From Desulfobacterales bacterium (GTDB lineage Bacteria; Desulfobacterota; Desulfobacteria; Desulfobacterales; UBA5852): a stretch of 64,000 bases of DNA. The notes under the pieces were generated by a model, which ran no database searches, was not told where the DNA came from, and was given only the letters and a program-made list of their open reading frames with translations. Positions 9,924 to 21,520 of this stretch are shown here, piece after piece. Positions within the stretch are counted from its first letter, which is position 1, and each line of letters starts with the position of its first letter. The stretch lies in contig CAXXVS010000003.1 of NCBI GenBank assembly GCA_963674755.2, positions 480,001 to 544,000 of the forward strand, read 5' to 3'. A program made the translations under genes and the position numbers.

Positions 9924-11081
9924 TTAGGCCCGGACTTCTTCCTTAACACCAATCGTGATCTTATAAAAGATGGTCAGGATCAGGGCACCAACGGCGTAGA
10001 CACCGATGGTGATCATCACCTCGGGGAAGGTGGGCATGTATTCATGGACCTGGTGCAGCGGGTTAGGCACGAAACCGCCCGAGATCAGCCCGAGCCCCTT
10101 GTCGATCCAGGCGCCTACGAACAGCATGACACAGGCCACTGCCAGAACACCTTCGTTATGACGCGTAACGGGCGGAATCATCAGAACCAGAGCGAGCACC
10201 ATCAATGCCATGGAGGTCCACATCCAGGGAACGAGGACGCCATGCCCGTTGATTCCCATGAACAGATATTTGATATGGTCCATGTGCTCCGGAATGCCGC
10301 TGTAAAAGGCCACAAACAACTCACAGCCAAAGAAAAACAGGTTGGTGATAAGGGCATAAGTGGAAATTTTGGCCAGGGTTTGGATCTGCTCCCGGCCAGG
10401 ATCAAAGTTCGATACCCGCCGGATAACCAAGCTCAGCAGAATCAGCAAGGCCGGTCCTGCGGCGAAAGCCGAGGCCAGGAAGCGCGGTGCCAGGATCGCC
10501 GTCAGCCAGAAGCCGCGGCCGGGCAGGCCGCAGTAAAGAAAGGCTGTCACGGTGTGAATGCTGATGGCAAAGGGAATGGACAGGTAAATCAATGGCTTGA
10601 CCCACATTGGATAATGGGTGCCGTTGCGTTCGGCCTGCAATACGTTCCAGCCGATTATCAGGTTGAGGAGCAGATAGCCGTTGAGGACAAGCATGTCATA
10701 GAACAGCATTGAGCGGGGCTGAGGGTTCAGAATGACATTCAAGACCCGCATGGGCTGCCCCAGGTCGACCAAAACGCTCAGCATACAGACGATCAGCGAG
10801 GCGATGGCCAGAAATTCCCCCATGATGGTGATTCGACCGAAGGCCTTGTAATTGTGCAGGTAATAGGGCAATACCACCATCACGCCACCGGCGGCGACAC
10901 CCACCATATAGGTCAGCTGGGCGATGTAAAATCCCCAGGACACATCCCGACCGAGGCCGGTGATGCCGAGACCGAATTTTAGCTGCCACAGATAAAACCC
11001 GAATCCCACGCCGATCACGGCCAGCAGGAAAACGATCCATCCGTAGTACTTTTTGTCTCCTTTAATCGCATATTCAAGCAT
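9924..11081 (-). CDS. dsrP: DsrP, NrfD-family membrane subunit
   Basis: Multi-TM protein with DVSWGFYIA, DLGQP, SIHTVTAF, LAPRFLASAF; last gene of the dsr operon. Confidence 0.95.
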   Translation of the reverse strand: MLEYAIKGDKKYYGWIVFLLAVIGVGFGFYLWQLKFGLGITGLGRDVSWGFYIAQLTYMVGVAAGGVMVVLPYYLHNYKAFGRITIMGEFLAIASLIVCMLSVLVDLGQPMRVLNVILNPQPRSMLFYDMLVLNGYLLLNLIIGWNVLQAERNGTHYPMWVKPLIYLSIPFAISIHTVTAFLYCGLPGRGFWLTAILAPRFLASAFAAGPALLILLSLVIRRVSNFDPGREQIQTLAKISTYALITNLFFFGCELFVAFYSGIPEHMDHIKYLFMGINGHGVLVPWMWTSMALMVLALVLMIPPVTRHNEGVLAVACVMLFVGAWIDKGLGLISGGFVPNPLHQVHEYMPTFPEVMITIGVYAVGALILTIFYKITIGVKEEVRA

Positions 11082-11088
11082 GGCCACC

Positions 11089-11889
11089 TCATATGATGTA
11101 GTAAACCGCAGGGCCGGTCCCGAGGGCGACCTTGCGGCGAATGGTATAGTGTTTGCTCAATACTTCCCGTATTTCAGAGTGAGGGTCTCCCAGATCACCG
11201 AAGACCAAGGCCCCCTCGGAGGCTTCCACACAGGCGGGCATTTCCCCTACCGCCAGACGCTCTGCGCAGAAGTTGCATTTTTCGACGACACCCTTGGTGC
11301 GGGTGGGGAATTTCGGATTGAGCTTGTCAATGAAGGGTCGCGGGTCGCGGAGGTTAAAGCTGCGCGACCCGTAGGGGCAGGCCGCCATACAGAAGCGGCA
11401 GCCGATGCAGCGGTGATAATCCATCATGACAATGCCGTCGGCCCGTTTAAAGGTGGCCTTGGTGGGGCAGGCCTGGGTGCAGGGAGGATCTTCGCAGTGG
11501 TTGCAGAGCACCAGGAAGGGGCGCTCTTCGACCGCTTCGTCCATATAATTCGAGCCCAACCCCGGGAAAGCATTATGAAAATGGGTTTCCCAAATCCACT
11601 TGATTTCCTGGCGTAGGGCAACTTTTTCACCGACCTTGGCAGCGGTAATGTAGGGTACGTTGTGGGCCGTGTGGCAGGCTTCGATCATGCGCTCGATACG
11701 TGCATGGTCCAGCTTGGCCGTGTCGATGACCATCCCCCACTGTTGGGCGGTCAGAGCGTCTTTCCCCTTGCGCACATAGGGCTGGCCGCCATGCCCCTCA
11801 GCGGCGGCGGCATCGATGACCCCGGCCGTGCCCATCCCCAAGGCGGCAACGCCGGCGATTTTAAGAAATTGTCTCCTGCTGTCTTCCAT
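11089..11889 (-). CDS. dsrO: DsrO, periplasmic Fe-S subunit
   Basis: Tat signal SRRQFLK; CNHC..PPC...CP, CIGCRFC...CP, KCNFC. Confidence 0.95.
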   Translation of the reverse strand: MEDSRRQFLKIAGVAALGMGTAGVIDAAAAEGHGGQPYVRKGKDALTAQQWGMVIDTAKLDHARIERMIEACHTAHNVPYITAAKVGEKVALRQEIKWIWETHFHNAFPGLGSNYMDEAVEERPFLVLCNHCEDPPCTQACPTKATFKRADGIVMMDYHRCIGCRFCMAACPYGSRSFNLRDPRPFIDKLNPKFPTRTKGVVEKCNFCAERLAVGEMPACVEASEGALVFGDLGDPHSEIREVLSKHYTIRRKVALGTGPAVYYII

Positions 11890-12273
11890 TACTTGGTCTC
11901 CTTCGGATTTTCGATATGGCAATCCCAGCAGTAAGGTTCAATGGAGGTGTATAGATGACATCGGTCACAGAATTCAGCGGTGTTGGAATGGCAGTCCAGA
12001 CAGGTGTTGGACAGGCTCATGTTGAATTCTTTGCCCTCGGCATTGACATAGATCCGTTCCCCATCCCGCACAACCGCATTTCGCCATGTGTTCAATAGCT
12101 GCATATGATTGGCGATCATCCAGTCGGTATCCCGCACGCATTTTTCGGCGGCCTTAGCCTTGGGGGTCAGCACTACCTCGGGTGCCGGCACTTTGGCTTT
12201 GAACATGTTGAACCAGAACGGAGATGTCGCCACGATAAAAAAGATTATGATTCCCGCGATGATTTTACCTTTA

Positions 12274-12281
<8 letters not shown>
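11889..12281 (-). CDS. dsrJ: DsrJ, triheme cytochrome c
   Basis: N-terminal anchor; KCV...M...HM; CLDCH, CDRCH, CWDCH. Confidence 0.95.
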
Positions 12282-13908
<1,627 letters not shown>

Positions 13909-13914
13909 TATGTC

Positions 13915-14925
13915 TTACTCCTTTTTATCCACAGGCAGTCCAGCCTCGATCATTTTTTCCCTGAAATCATCCTCATACTCTTCGTAGGTATGAATTTTTA
14001 CCGGGTAGTTCCATGGATTGACATGGCGAACGGCGCGGGAATTGTTGGCCATGTTGCGCGTGGGGCTCAGGAAAATACCGCCCATATGCATCAGCTTGCT
14101 CCAGGGGAAATACATCAGCAGCACGCTGACAAAAAAGAGATGAATGTAGAAAATGGAACCGATGGCCTGCATTTTGTCGATGGTCGGCAGGCTGAAGGTC
14201 ACCAGGCCGTAAGTCAACTCTTTGGCGTCGATCAGATTGATCTTGGCGAAATAGCGCATGAAGATGCCGGTAAACGCGATGCCAAAAATCAGGAACAAGG
14301 GAAAATAGTCGGATGCCAGCGATATCATCCGGATATTGGGCAGGTAGACGCGACGCAGAAACAAAAAGAGAACCGTGCCCAGCAGAACGAAGCTCGACAT
14401 GGAAATGACCGGTTGGCCGACCTGGATGAACGTGTCTATTTTTTCGAGAATCTCAAATGGCAAGGGCAGGGGGTCCAGAAAAAAGCGGGCGTGTCGCAGC
14501 AGGACCACCAGAAAGGTGTAATGAAAGGCCAGGGCGAACAGCCAGAGCCACAGCTCCAGGTCGTAGCTGATGCGACCGTCCGGGTTGAGCCGCATGCGGG
14601 TATTCCGGAAGAGGGACCGAAAGGTCACCACCTCGAAGAACATCCGGGCGACCACGCCCTTGCCGGTAAAGGGGTTGTCGATGGTGTTGGCTTTAATCCA
14701 AGGCAGCGATTTGGCCTGGCCGGCCGTGGTGGGAATCCGGAAAGGTACCGTCGAGCGCGCCCAGTCCATCATGCGGATGAAAAAACCGACCAAGAAAACG
14801 ACCACCGCGATGTATGGCAGGATCACGCCGAAGAGCACCTGCAACCCGAGGATGTCGCATCCCACCCAGGCGATCAGTGCCAGAGCCCCAACGGCTAAAA
14901 GGGAATAGAAATACTTAACATTCAT
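13915..14925 (-). CDS. dsrM: DsrM, NarI-family cytochrome b
   Basis: PFRIPTT, FH...RH, HLFF...FPWSKLMHM, PTRN. Confidence 0.95.
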   Translation of the reverse strand: MNVKYFYSLLAVGALALIAWVGCDILGLQVLFGVILPYIAVVVFLVGFFIRMMDWARSTVPFRIPTTAGQAKSLPWIKANTIDNPFTGKGVVARMFFEVVTFRSLFRNTRMRLNPDGRISYDLELWLWLFALAFHYTFLVVLLRHARFFLDPLPLPFEILEKIDTFIQVGQPVISMSSFVLLGTVLFLFLRRVYLPNIRMISLASDYFPLFLIFGIAFTGIFMRYFAKINLIDAKELTYGLVTFSLPTIDKMQAIGSIFYIHLFFVSVLLMYFPWSKLMHMGGIFLSPTRNMANNSRAVRHVNPWNYPVKIHTYEEYEDDFREKMIEAGLPVDKKE

Positions 14926-15011
14926 TGACCTTTACCTCACTTTTGGGTTCCGGCAACAGTAGCGATGGTCTCTGTTCCGGAAACCGCCTTTAAAATTAAA
15001 AGGTGATGATA

Positions 15012-15551
15012 TTAAGAGACCCCGGAATCCGGTTTCATGTCCGGATTTTCGCGCACCAGTCCTGCACGAGCAAAGGCCCGGTATATTTTGCTTTGTTCTT
15101 CGGTGGCCTTCATACTGTATATTTTTTCACGGCAACGTATAAATATATCAAAGGCGATCAGCAGCAGCCGGTCGATGCGCTCTTCGAAAATCAGCAGTTG
15201 TGATTGCGTATCGAAATCTTGCAGTTTACCTTTCAATGCTCGGCGGATGATCTTTTTCAGGTCAAGGATGAAGGCGGTGGCTTGGGAGGGGGTGAACATG
15301 GTCTGGACGGCGCGGATACGAATCAGCGCGTCCAAATGGTGGGCGAGTACCTCGGGGTCGGCGTCGGCTAGGAGCTCATCCAGGACCCTTTCCAGGGTTT
15401 GACGCGATGTTCCGCCGACCGGATTGGCAAACATATCCTTGTTGGATTTAAGGAAACGGGCGGTATCGGGCGGATAGGTACCGGCCAGGACCGCAAACCA
15501 ATCTTTCGCGATTTGCGTTTTATATTTCGCTATTCGATGTTCCAGCCTCAT
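15012..15551 (-). CDS. dsrT: DsrT (RsbRD N-terminal-like domain protein)
   Basis: W....TYP, FANPVG, IRIRAVQ..PSQA motifs; directly upstream of dsrM. Confidence 0.85.
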   Translation of the reverse strand: MRLEHRIAKYKTQIAKDWFAVLAGTYPPDTARFLKSNKDMFANPVGGTSRQTLERVLDELLADADPEVLAHHLDALIRIRAVQTMFTPSQATAFILDLKKIIRRALKGKLQDFDTQSQLLIFEERIDRLLLIAFDIFIRCREKIYSMKATEEQSKIYRAFARAGLVRENPDMKPDSGVS

Positions 15552-15669
15552 CAGAAGGGGTGGCTCGGTTTCAAGGGTCGTTCCCTCGAAAACGGCTTGG
15601 GTACTCCTCTCTACCGGTGAAGGTCAAAAGCGGAGGCAACAGAACGAATGCCCGATATTGAAAGAGAAT

Positions 15670-15698
15670 TCTATAGTCAAATTGGGATTTTCTGTCAA
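15670..15698 (-). promoter_or_regulatory. Putative sigma70 promoter of dsrTMKJOP
   Basis: Minus strand TTGACA-N17-TATAGA. Confidence 0.55.
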
Positions 15699-16009
15699 GG
15701 AGATTTGGAGCGATCCCGATAGGTTAGTTTCGGTGGGCCAAAATTTTTACAAATTTCCTAAAGCCTGGGCCCCAAATCGACGGCTGGTCGGGCAAAGAGG
15801 GCCGTACGGCAGCGCGACGGGGCAAATTGCGCGGATAGGATTCATACCGTCATGGCAAGCTGTTCCTTGTCAGACTTTCATAAAAGGCGGCGCGTTTTTT
15901 GAAAAAGAGGTCGTTTTGAATGAAAACAAATTCAGTTTGGTTGGTCAGAAGGTAAAGAGCTATTGCGAGGGAGGTGCTGGAAGCGTGATCCGATATACGC
16001 TATCGGCCG

Positions 16010-16447
16010 TCAGGTGGAACGACGGTAGCCGGCTTTCCAGTCTTTGCCGCCGTTTTGCTGATAATCGGCAAGGGCCTTGTAAAGGGCGCCCACGGCCAGT
16101 TCGGCACAGTGGAAGTGGCCCGGGGGGAGGGTTTGGAGGTGATCGGCTACGATTTCGGGGGTAATGCGCCAGGCGGATTCGATATCCTGCCCCTCGACGA
16201 TTTCCGCGACCATGTTGGCACAGGCATTGGTATTCAGGCACCCGTCGAGTTCATACGCGACACGTTCGATCACATGTCCGCGTACCATTACGAAAAACGT
16301 GATGCTGTCCTTGCACGCACCGACATTATGTCCAAAGCCGGACGGGTTGGCAGGACGCCCCTGCCGATCCGTTCGAAAGGCCATCTCGAGAAAGGTCAGG
16401 GAGTGCGACTGCCATCCATCATGCTCGGTATCTGCGGTCTCGGCCAT
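16010..16447 (-). CDS. NifU/IscU N-terminal-like scaffold protein
   Basis: GACKD, GCLNTNACA and HFHCAELA cysteine pattern; GAGGA RBS. Confidence 0.85.
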   Translation of the reverse strand: MAETADTEHDGWQSHSLTFLEMAFRTDRQGRPANPSGFGHNVGACKDSITFFVMVRGHVIERVAYELDGCLNTNACANMVAEIVEGQDIESAWRITPEIVADHLQTLPPGHFHCAELAVGALYKALADYQQNGGKDWKAGYRRST

Positions 16448-16599
16448 TAGTTCCTCAGCCCCTCCCTTGTGGTGGATTTATCCGCACTGCCTATGACGGC
16501 GGTTTGGGGGGCACGGTAGACGGATTCGGCGTATTAGTCAATGTCCTCCCGTATAGGGAAAACGTCATGTATTACACTGCGAGGGCCGTGGCCTGGCGG

Positions 16600-17787
16600 T
16601 CAACTTCTTTTGGTCCCACCGCGTTGGGACCACAATAAATGGGCGAACCCCACCGGGCTCATGACATAGCGGAAAAGCCGACGGTAGCTCATCTCACCAC
16701 GGTAGACGGCTAAATGGGTGGCACCTATTTTAGCGCCCCAGCGGGTCAGAACCCAATTGCTCAGCTTGGGGCAACCATATAGGATGCGTGCCAGGATATC
16801 CGCTTTCAGCACTTCCGCCTCGATTTCCGCTTTGATCGCCCGGGTATATCGATGGGCTGTCGACGTGCCATAGGAATCTGGTGAAGATAAAACCGCTGCG
16901 GCAATCATGGCACCCTTGAGGGCATAATAGATCCCTTCGCCGGTCACAGGGTCCACCAGCCCGGTGGCATCCCCCACCACCAGGCCGCGTGGGTCGGCAT
17001 AGCCATTGCGGGGATCGGGTCGGCAGGGAATCGGGTGCAGCCGTAGCGATCGGCAGCCCTCATTGCCTGGAAGGCTGTTTCGGGCAAGGTAGTCCAGCAA
17101 AAACGGCTTCAAGCACCTGGCTGGGCGATTCCGGGCCAGTATTCCGGCGGAAAGGCCATTCTTTTTGGGGAACAGCCAGGCATACCCTCCCGGAACGACA
17201 CCGAAATCGAAACAAATGGCACCGGACAACCGCTGCCGTGCATTGTGGGGCAGGGCCAATTCGGCTTCCAGGGCAGGCATGACCTGGTGGCTGATGGAGA
17301 GGCCGAGGGACCGCGCCACGCGACTATAGACCCCGTCGGCCCCGACAACCAATCGGGTGTGGAAACGACCGGCCGTCGTCTTGACCGTCAGCTGGCCGGG
17401 AGAACCCGAAAGGGAAAGGAAGCGCGTTTGATCCCGGACCACGGCGCCGGCGGCTTCGGCCTGGCGGACGAGGAAATGATCGAAGCGGTCGCGCATGACC
17501 AGATGAACCGGTGCGGTGCCATCATTTTGCACGAAGGCGGTCCGATAGTGGACCCGCAGACGGGTCGTCCTGGCGCGATCTTCGACCAGCCCGTCAAGGT
17601 CGAAAGGCAGCAAGGCCCGCGCCCGTAGGGTAAGTCCGCCGCCGCAGGCTTTGTAGCGTGGCAGTTTGTGCTTTTCCAGTAACAACACCCGCCACCCCGC
17701 ACGGGCCATTTGGTGAGCCAACAGGCTGCCCGCCGGTCCGGTTCCGACGATGGCCATATCGAATATTTGGGATGGCTGATTGATCAA
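16600..17787 (-). CDS. Geranylgeranyl reductase family FAD oxidoreductase
   Basis: GTGPAG, PRYKACGGGL, GADG, GYAWLFPK, GDATGLVDPVTGEGI. Confidence 0.9.
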   Translation of the reverse strand: MINQPSQIFDMAIVGTGPAGSLLAHQMARAGWRVLLLEKHKLPRYKACGGGLTLRARALLPFDLDGLVEDRARTTRLRVHYRTAFVQNDGTAPVHLVMRDRFDHFLVRQAEAAGAVVRDQTRFLSLSGSPGQLTVKTTAGRFHTRLVVGADGVYSRVARSLGLSISHQVMPALEAELALPHNARQRLSGAICFDFGVVPGGYAWLFPKKNGLSAGILARNRPARCLKPFLLDYLARNSLPGNEGCRSLRLHPIPCRPDPRNGYADPRGLVVGDATGLVDPVTGEGIYYALKGAMIAAAVLSSPDSYGTSTAHRYTRAIKAEIEAEVLKADILARILYGCPKLSNWVLTRWGAKIGATHLAVYRGEMSYRRLFRYVMSPVGFAHLLWSQRGGTKRS

Positions 17788-17882
17788 AACAGGATGACAA
17801 CCACCACTCCCAGAGCGATGGCTACGATGGGATGATCGTAGTAGAAATAGCGGCTATAGGTGGCGAGGCTTTCGAAATTCAT
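17784..17882 (-). CDS. Possible 32-aa membrane peptide or truncated gene
   Basis: MNFESLATYSRYFYYDHPIVAIALGVVVVILF*; stop overlaps the TTG start of the next gene. RBS is distant. Confidence 0.35.
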   Translation of the reverse strand: MNFESLATYSRYFYYDHPIVAIALGVVVVILF

Positions 17883-18202
17883 ACCGATCGGCTGTAGGCT
17901 CCTGTTGTGAAGGGTAAAATGCCGCCCGGCAGCTGCGGCCCGTTGAGCATTGACTGGTCAGAGGTTTGAAATCCCTTTAGCATTGTTCATCATGAGCGGC
18001 AAATGGGGGCCGCTACACCGCGCTCCCGTCGGCCGGGAAGCCGGGCTGTAGGAAAGGAGCCCGGGCCGATCAGATGCGGAAAAAAGCAGATCAATACTTG
18101 GTGGTTGCGCAGACAGCCCTCCTGTGGGGGCATTATTTATTTTTTTGTAATACTAAAGGGTAACGACACAGAAGACCGGTTAAACGGACCCTTGTTAAAG
18201 GG

Positions 18203-19558
18203 TCAATCCGACACGATGCCCAATTCCTTGGTTTTGGTCAGCAGGGTATTGCGATGGATGCCCAGCCGGCGGGCGGCCTCCGATTTGTTTCCGTTCGTCG
18301 CGCCAAGCACGCTCTGAATATATTGTTTTTCAAAGGCCAGTACGGCGTCGCGCAGGGAGCGTTTCTCCTTCTGGGTGCCGATGACGACCAACGGGGGAAG
18401 GTTGGCCAGGCGGATGATGCGTTCGGGATTGATGGTGCAGATGCGCTCGACAAAGTTTTCCAACTCCCGGACATTGCCAGGCCAGTGATAGGCGCAGAGG
18501 TGGTCGACAGCGGCCGGGGTCAGCTGCTTGACGGCCCCGCCCCGGCGTTTGGCATGGGCATGTAGAAAATGATCAAGCAACAGCGGAATATCATCCACCC
18601 GCTCGCGTAGCGTCGGAAGGAAAATGGGCAACACATTGAGTCGGTAGTAGAGATCTTGACGGAAGTGATTTTGTTCGACGAGGCTCAGTAAATCCCGGTT
18701 TGAAGAAGCGATAAAACGAATGTCCGCCTGGATGATGCGATGGGTGCCGATTCTTTCAAATTCTTTCTGTTGAATGACGCGCAGCAGTTTAGCCTGCATC
18801 TTGATCGAGAGAGAATCGATATCATCCAGAAAGACGGTTCCGGTGTTAGCGATTTCCAGTTTTCCGGCACAGTCGGCGGACGCTCCGGTAAAGGCGCCTC
18901 GACGGTGCCCGAAGAGCTCGCTTTCCATGAGGGTCGACGGTATGGCGGCGCAATTAATAACGACGAACGGATTTTGTGCCCGCTCACTCTGGTCGTGGAT
19001 GGCGCGTGCCACGAGTTCTTTGCCGGTACCGCTTTCCCCCTGAATGAGAACCGTTCCGTCGCTGGAGGCGACCGTTGTGATCAGTTGAAATACATTCTGC
19101 ATCTCCGGGGTGCGTCCGACCATGTTTTCCGTAGGGCGGCACTGCCCCACTTCCTGCTTCAGGAGGATAATTTCTTTGAGGAGTTTTTTCTTCTTGACAG
19201 CCTTGGCAACGATATCCCTGACATTTTCGACAGCAAAGGGTTTAACCAGATAATCATACGCCCCATTTTTAATGGCATCGATACCGGATTGAAGGTCTTT
19301 AACCGCTGTTACGATGATAATATCGACACTGTCGTCGATTTGTTTAAAGTCCGGAATTAAATTGCGGCCGTCAATATCCGGCAGCATGATATCAAGAAGT
19401 ACGATATCAATTGCGCGTGATTCGAAGATACGGAGTGCTTCTCTACCGGTTTTGGCTGTGTATAATTTGTAGTCGTCTTGTAGAACCATGCGGAGAGATT
19501 CGCGAACACTTTTTTCGTCGTCGACAATCAGGATAGAATAGCTGTGACCATTGCTCAT
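18203..19558 (-). CDS. Sigma54-dependent response regulator (REC-AAA+-Fis HTH)
   Basis: VDDE, LLDIMLP, GESGTGKE, GAFTGA, DLYYRLN, WPGNVREL, AARRLGI. Confidence 0.95.
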   Translation of the reverse strand: MSNGHSYSILIVDDEKSVRESLRMVLQDDYKLYTAKTGREALRIFESRAIDIVLLDIMLPDIDGRNLIPDFKQIDDSVDIIIVTAVKDLQSGIDAIKNGAYDYLVKPFAVENVRDIVAKAVKKKKLLKEIILLKQEVGQCRPTENMVGRTPEMQNVFQLITTVASSDGTVLIQGESGTGKELVARAIHDQSERAQNPFVVINCAAIPSTLMESELFGHRRGAFTGASADCAGKLEIANTGTVFLDDIDSLSIKMQAKLLRVIQQKEFERIGTHRIIQADIRFIASSNRDLLSLVEQNHFRQDLYYRLNVLPIFLPTLRERVDDIPLLLDHFLHAHAKRRGGAVKQLTPAAVDHLCAYHWPGNVRELENFVERICTINPERIIRLANLPPLVVIGTQKEKRSLRDAVLAFEKQYIQSVLGATNGNKSEAARRLGIHRNTLLTKTKELGIVSD

Positions 19559-19662
19559 TGTACATTGGCTCCAATCCTCCCTCTCCTTCTGTATTTATAG
19601 GAAATTGCCGGCGAGAGGATTGCACCACATTTTAATGCATTCGTCAAACAGGCCATGGAAAT

Positions 19663-19686
19663 AACTGCACATAAAAATGTGCAGTT
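19663..19686. promoter_or_regulatory. Inverted repeat in divergent RR/HK promoter region
   Basis: AACTGCACAT-AAAA-ATGTGCAGTT, with perfect 10-bp arms. Confidence 0.55.
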
Positions 19687-19940
19687 GGACTTAAAAAGGT
19701 GTGCCTATGACGTCTCGATGGGAGAGTCATCTTCGATGAAGAAGCTTTCCCATAAAGGTTCTGCGGGGGCGTTAGGACGCGATGACAGCGAAAAATCGTT
19801 TCATACTTGCCAAATCAAAGCCGTTTCTTTAATATTTTTTATGGAGATGGAATTGCCGGCTTCTTCCTTCACGACCTTTTGCACGCACCATCCGCTATGA
19901 ATATGCGCGCGGGGAGGGCACCCCGGAAAGAGAGAACGTT

Positions 19941-20675
19941 ATGACGGCCAACGACATCAAAAACAAACGATTGGAAGACCCGCTTCAAACGGCGCTTGAC
20001 CAGGTGGTACATCTGGCGCACGAAATTAAGAATTCGATGACGAGTATATCGACGTTTGTGCAGTTGCTGCCTTCCAGATGGCACGATGAGCGGTTTCGTG
20101 ACAGCTTTTATCCGGTGGTCAACGAAGAAACTCAACGCGTCGCCCAACTGGTCAATGATATGCTCGATTTGGGAAAGAGGCAGTCCGCACAGCTGACCTC
20201 TACCAACATCCAGGACATGTTGGAAAATCTTTTGGCATTGAAGGCGCCCTTGGCCGAACAGCGTTGTCTCCGTTTTCACACCCGGATTGATATGTCTTCT
20301 CCTACCATTCGGATTGATCAGGAAAGGATAAAGGAAGCCATCGTCAATCTATTGCACAATGCCATGGAGGCCACGCCGAAGGGCGGCGATATACGCATCA
20401 CGATCGATGACGATCGGATGCCGAACGGGAGACCCGCCCTTCGCCTCGAAATCCAGGACAGCGGACCGGGCATCGACCCGGATCTGCAAAGCGTTATCTT
20501 CGATCCTTACATGTCCACCAAAACTGAGGATCAACTGCCGGCTGGCACCGGTCTGGGGTTACACATTGCAAAGCAGCATATCGAAGCGCACGGCGGGAGC
20601 ATTGCGGTCGAGAGCCCGCCGGAGTCAGGGGCCCTCTTCAGGGTAGTCCTGCCGGTGGAGAGGCGTTGCGCATAG
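19941..20675 (+). CDS. Histidine kinase without sensor domain (HisKA + HATPase)
   Basis: AHEIKN, NLLHNA, DSGPG, IFDPY, GTGLGL boxes. Confidence 0.9.
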   Translation: MTANDIKNKRLEDPLQTALDQVVHLAHEIKNSMTSISTFVQLLPSRWHDERFRDSFYPVVNEETQRVAQLVNDMLDLGKRQSAQLTSTNIQDMLENLLALKAPLAEQRCLRFHTRIDMSSPTIRIDQERIKEAIVNLLHNAMEATPKGGDIRITIDDDRMPNGRPALRLEIQDSGPGIDPDLQSVIFDPYMSTKTEDQLPAGTGLGLHIAKQHIEAHGGSIAVESPPESGALFRVVLPVERRCA

Positions 20676-20756
20676 GCATGGCCATGGGGCGGCCACAACC
20701 CCATTGACGCTGAATGGAGGTCCGGTGTATGGCATAGGTGGAAATTCAGCCCTCCT

Positions 20757-21518
20757 ATGCCTATGGCCAACAAACTGACCATCGCATTCAGCCGCCGCGA
20801 GGCCGAACTCTACCGCTCCCACGGGCTGTTGGAAGAGGCTCGCCAGCTTTACCGCCAGGTTCTGGAGGAATCCGGTGCGCTGGGGTCCGGGCTGGCCGAA
20901 TCCCTCCAAGAAAAAATCAGCCAGCTTGAAGCGGAGCTTGCCGAACTGGATGTCGATCTGTCCGACGTGGTCTCGGAACGGGAACTGTGCATTCTGCGCG
21001 AGGGCTGGGGCGACGCCCAGAGTGCCGCCGACGTTCGCACTTGCGCCGTCGCCCTCGGCAGTATCGGTCTTTATGAAGCCGCTATCGAAGAATACCGCAA
21101 ACTGATCCGCCTGAAGCAGCCCCTTGCCGATTACCTCGAAGGTTTAATCGATTGCCTCATGGCGTTATACACCCCGGAATTGATCAAGGGTGAGATCGAT
21201 GCCATCATCGCCGGGGACCAGCCCGCCGAAACCCATCCCAACGTGCTGCGTATCGCTTTTGCCATGGAATTGTCCCGCCGCGGTATGGATAGTCCCGCCT
21301 TATTGCTGTATGAAGCGGCCCGTGCCGTCCGGCCCCTGCCGGCCAGAATCGAGGCCCACGTCAAAGTTGTCCGGAAGCGTTTGAAGAGGGGGCCGGCCAA
21401 AGATCAAAATTCCTTGAGCGCTTCGCGTGATCAAACGCCCGCCTATCAGCTTAAGGTGCGGCTTGCGAATCGACTTGCCCGTCTGCGGGGATTGATCCGT
21501 AGCCTGCGCAAATCCTGA
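20757..21518 (+). CDS. Hypothetical TPR-like helical protein
   Basis: 253-aa ORF with TPR-like segments EAELYRSHGLLEEARQLY and GLYEAAIEEY. Confidence 0.65.
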   Translation: MPMANKLTIAFSRREAELYRSHGLLEEARQLYRQVLEESGALGSGLAESLQEKISQLEAELAELDVDLSDVVSERELCILREGWGDAQSAADVRTCAVALGSIGLYEAAIEEYRKLIRLKQPLADYLEGLIDCLMALYTPELIKGEIDAIIAGDQPAETHPNVLRIAFAMELSRRGMDSPALLLYEAARAVRPLPARIEAHVKVVRKRLKRGPAKDQNSLSASRDQTPAYQLKVRLANRLARLRGLIRSLRKS

Positions 21519-21520
21519 AC

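Noticed and set aside
15734..15884. Possible Rex sites upstream of dsrT
   Set aside because: Only half-site or mis-spaced matches to TTGTGAA-N4-TTCACAA.
17900..18130. GC-rich hairpins suggesting SRP RNA or a riboswitch
   Set aside because: No SRP domain IV or c-di-GMP riboswitch consensus found.
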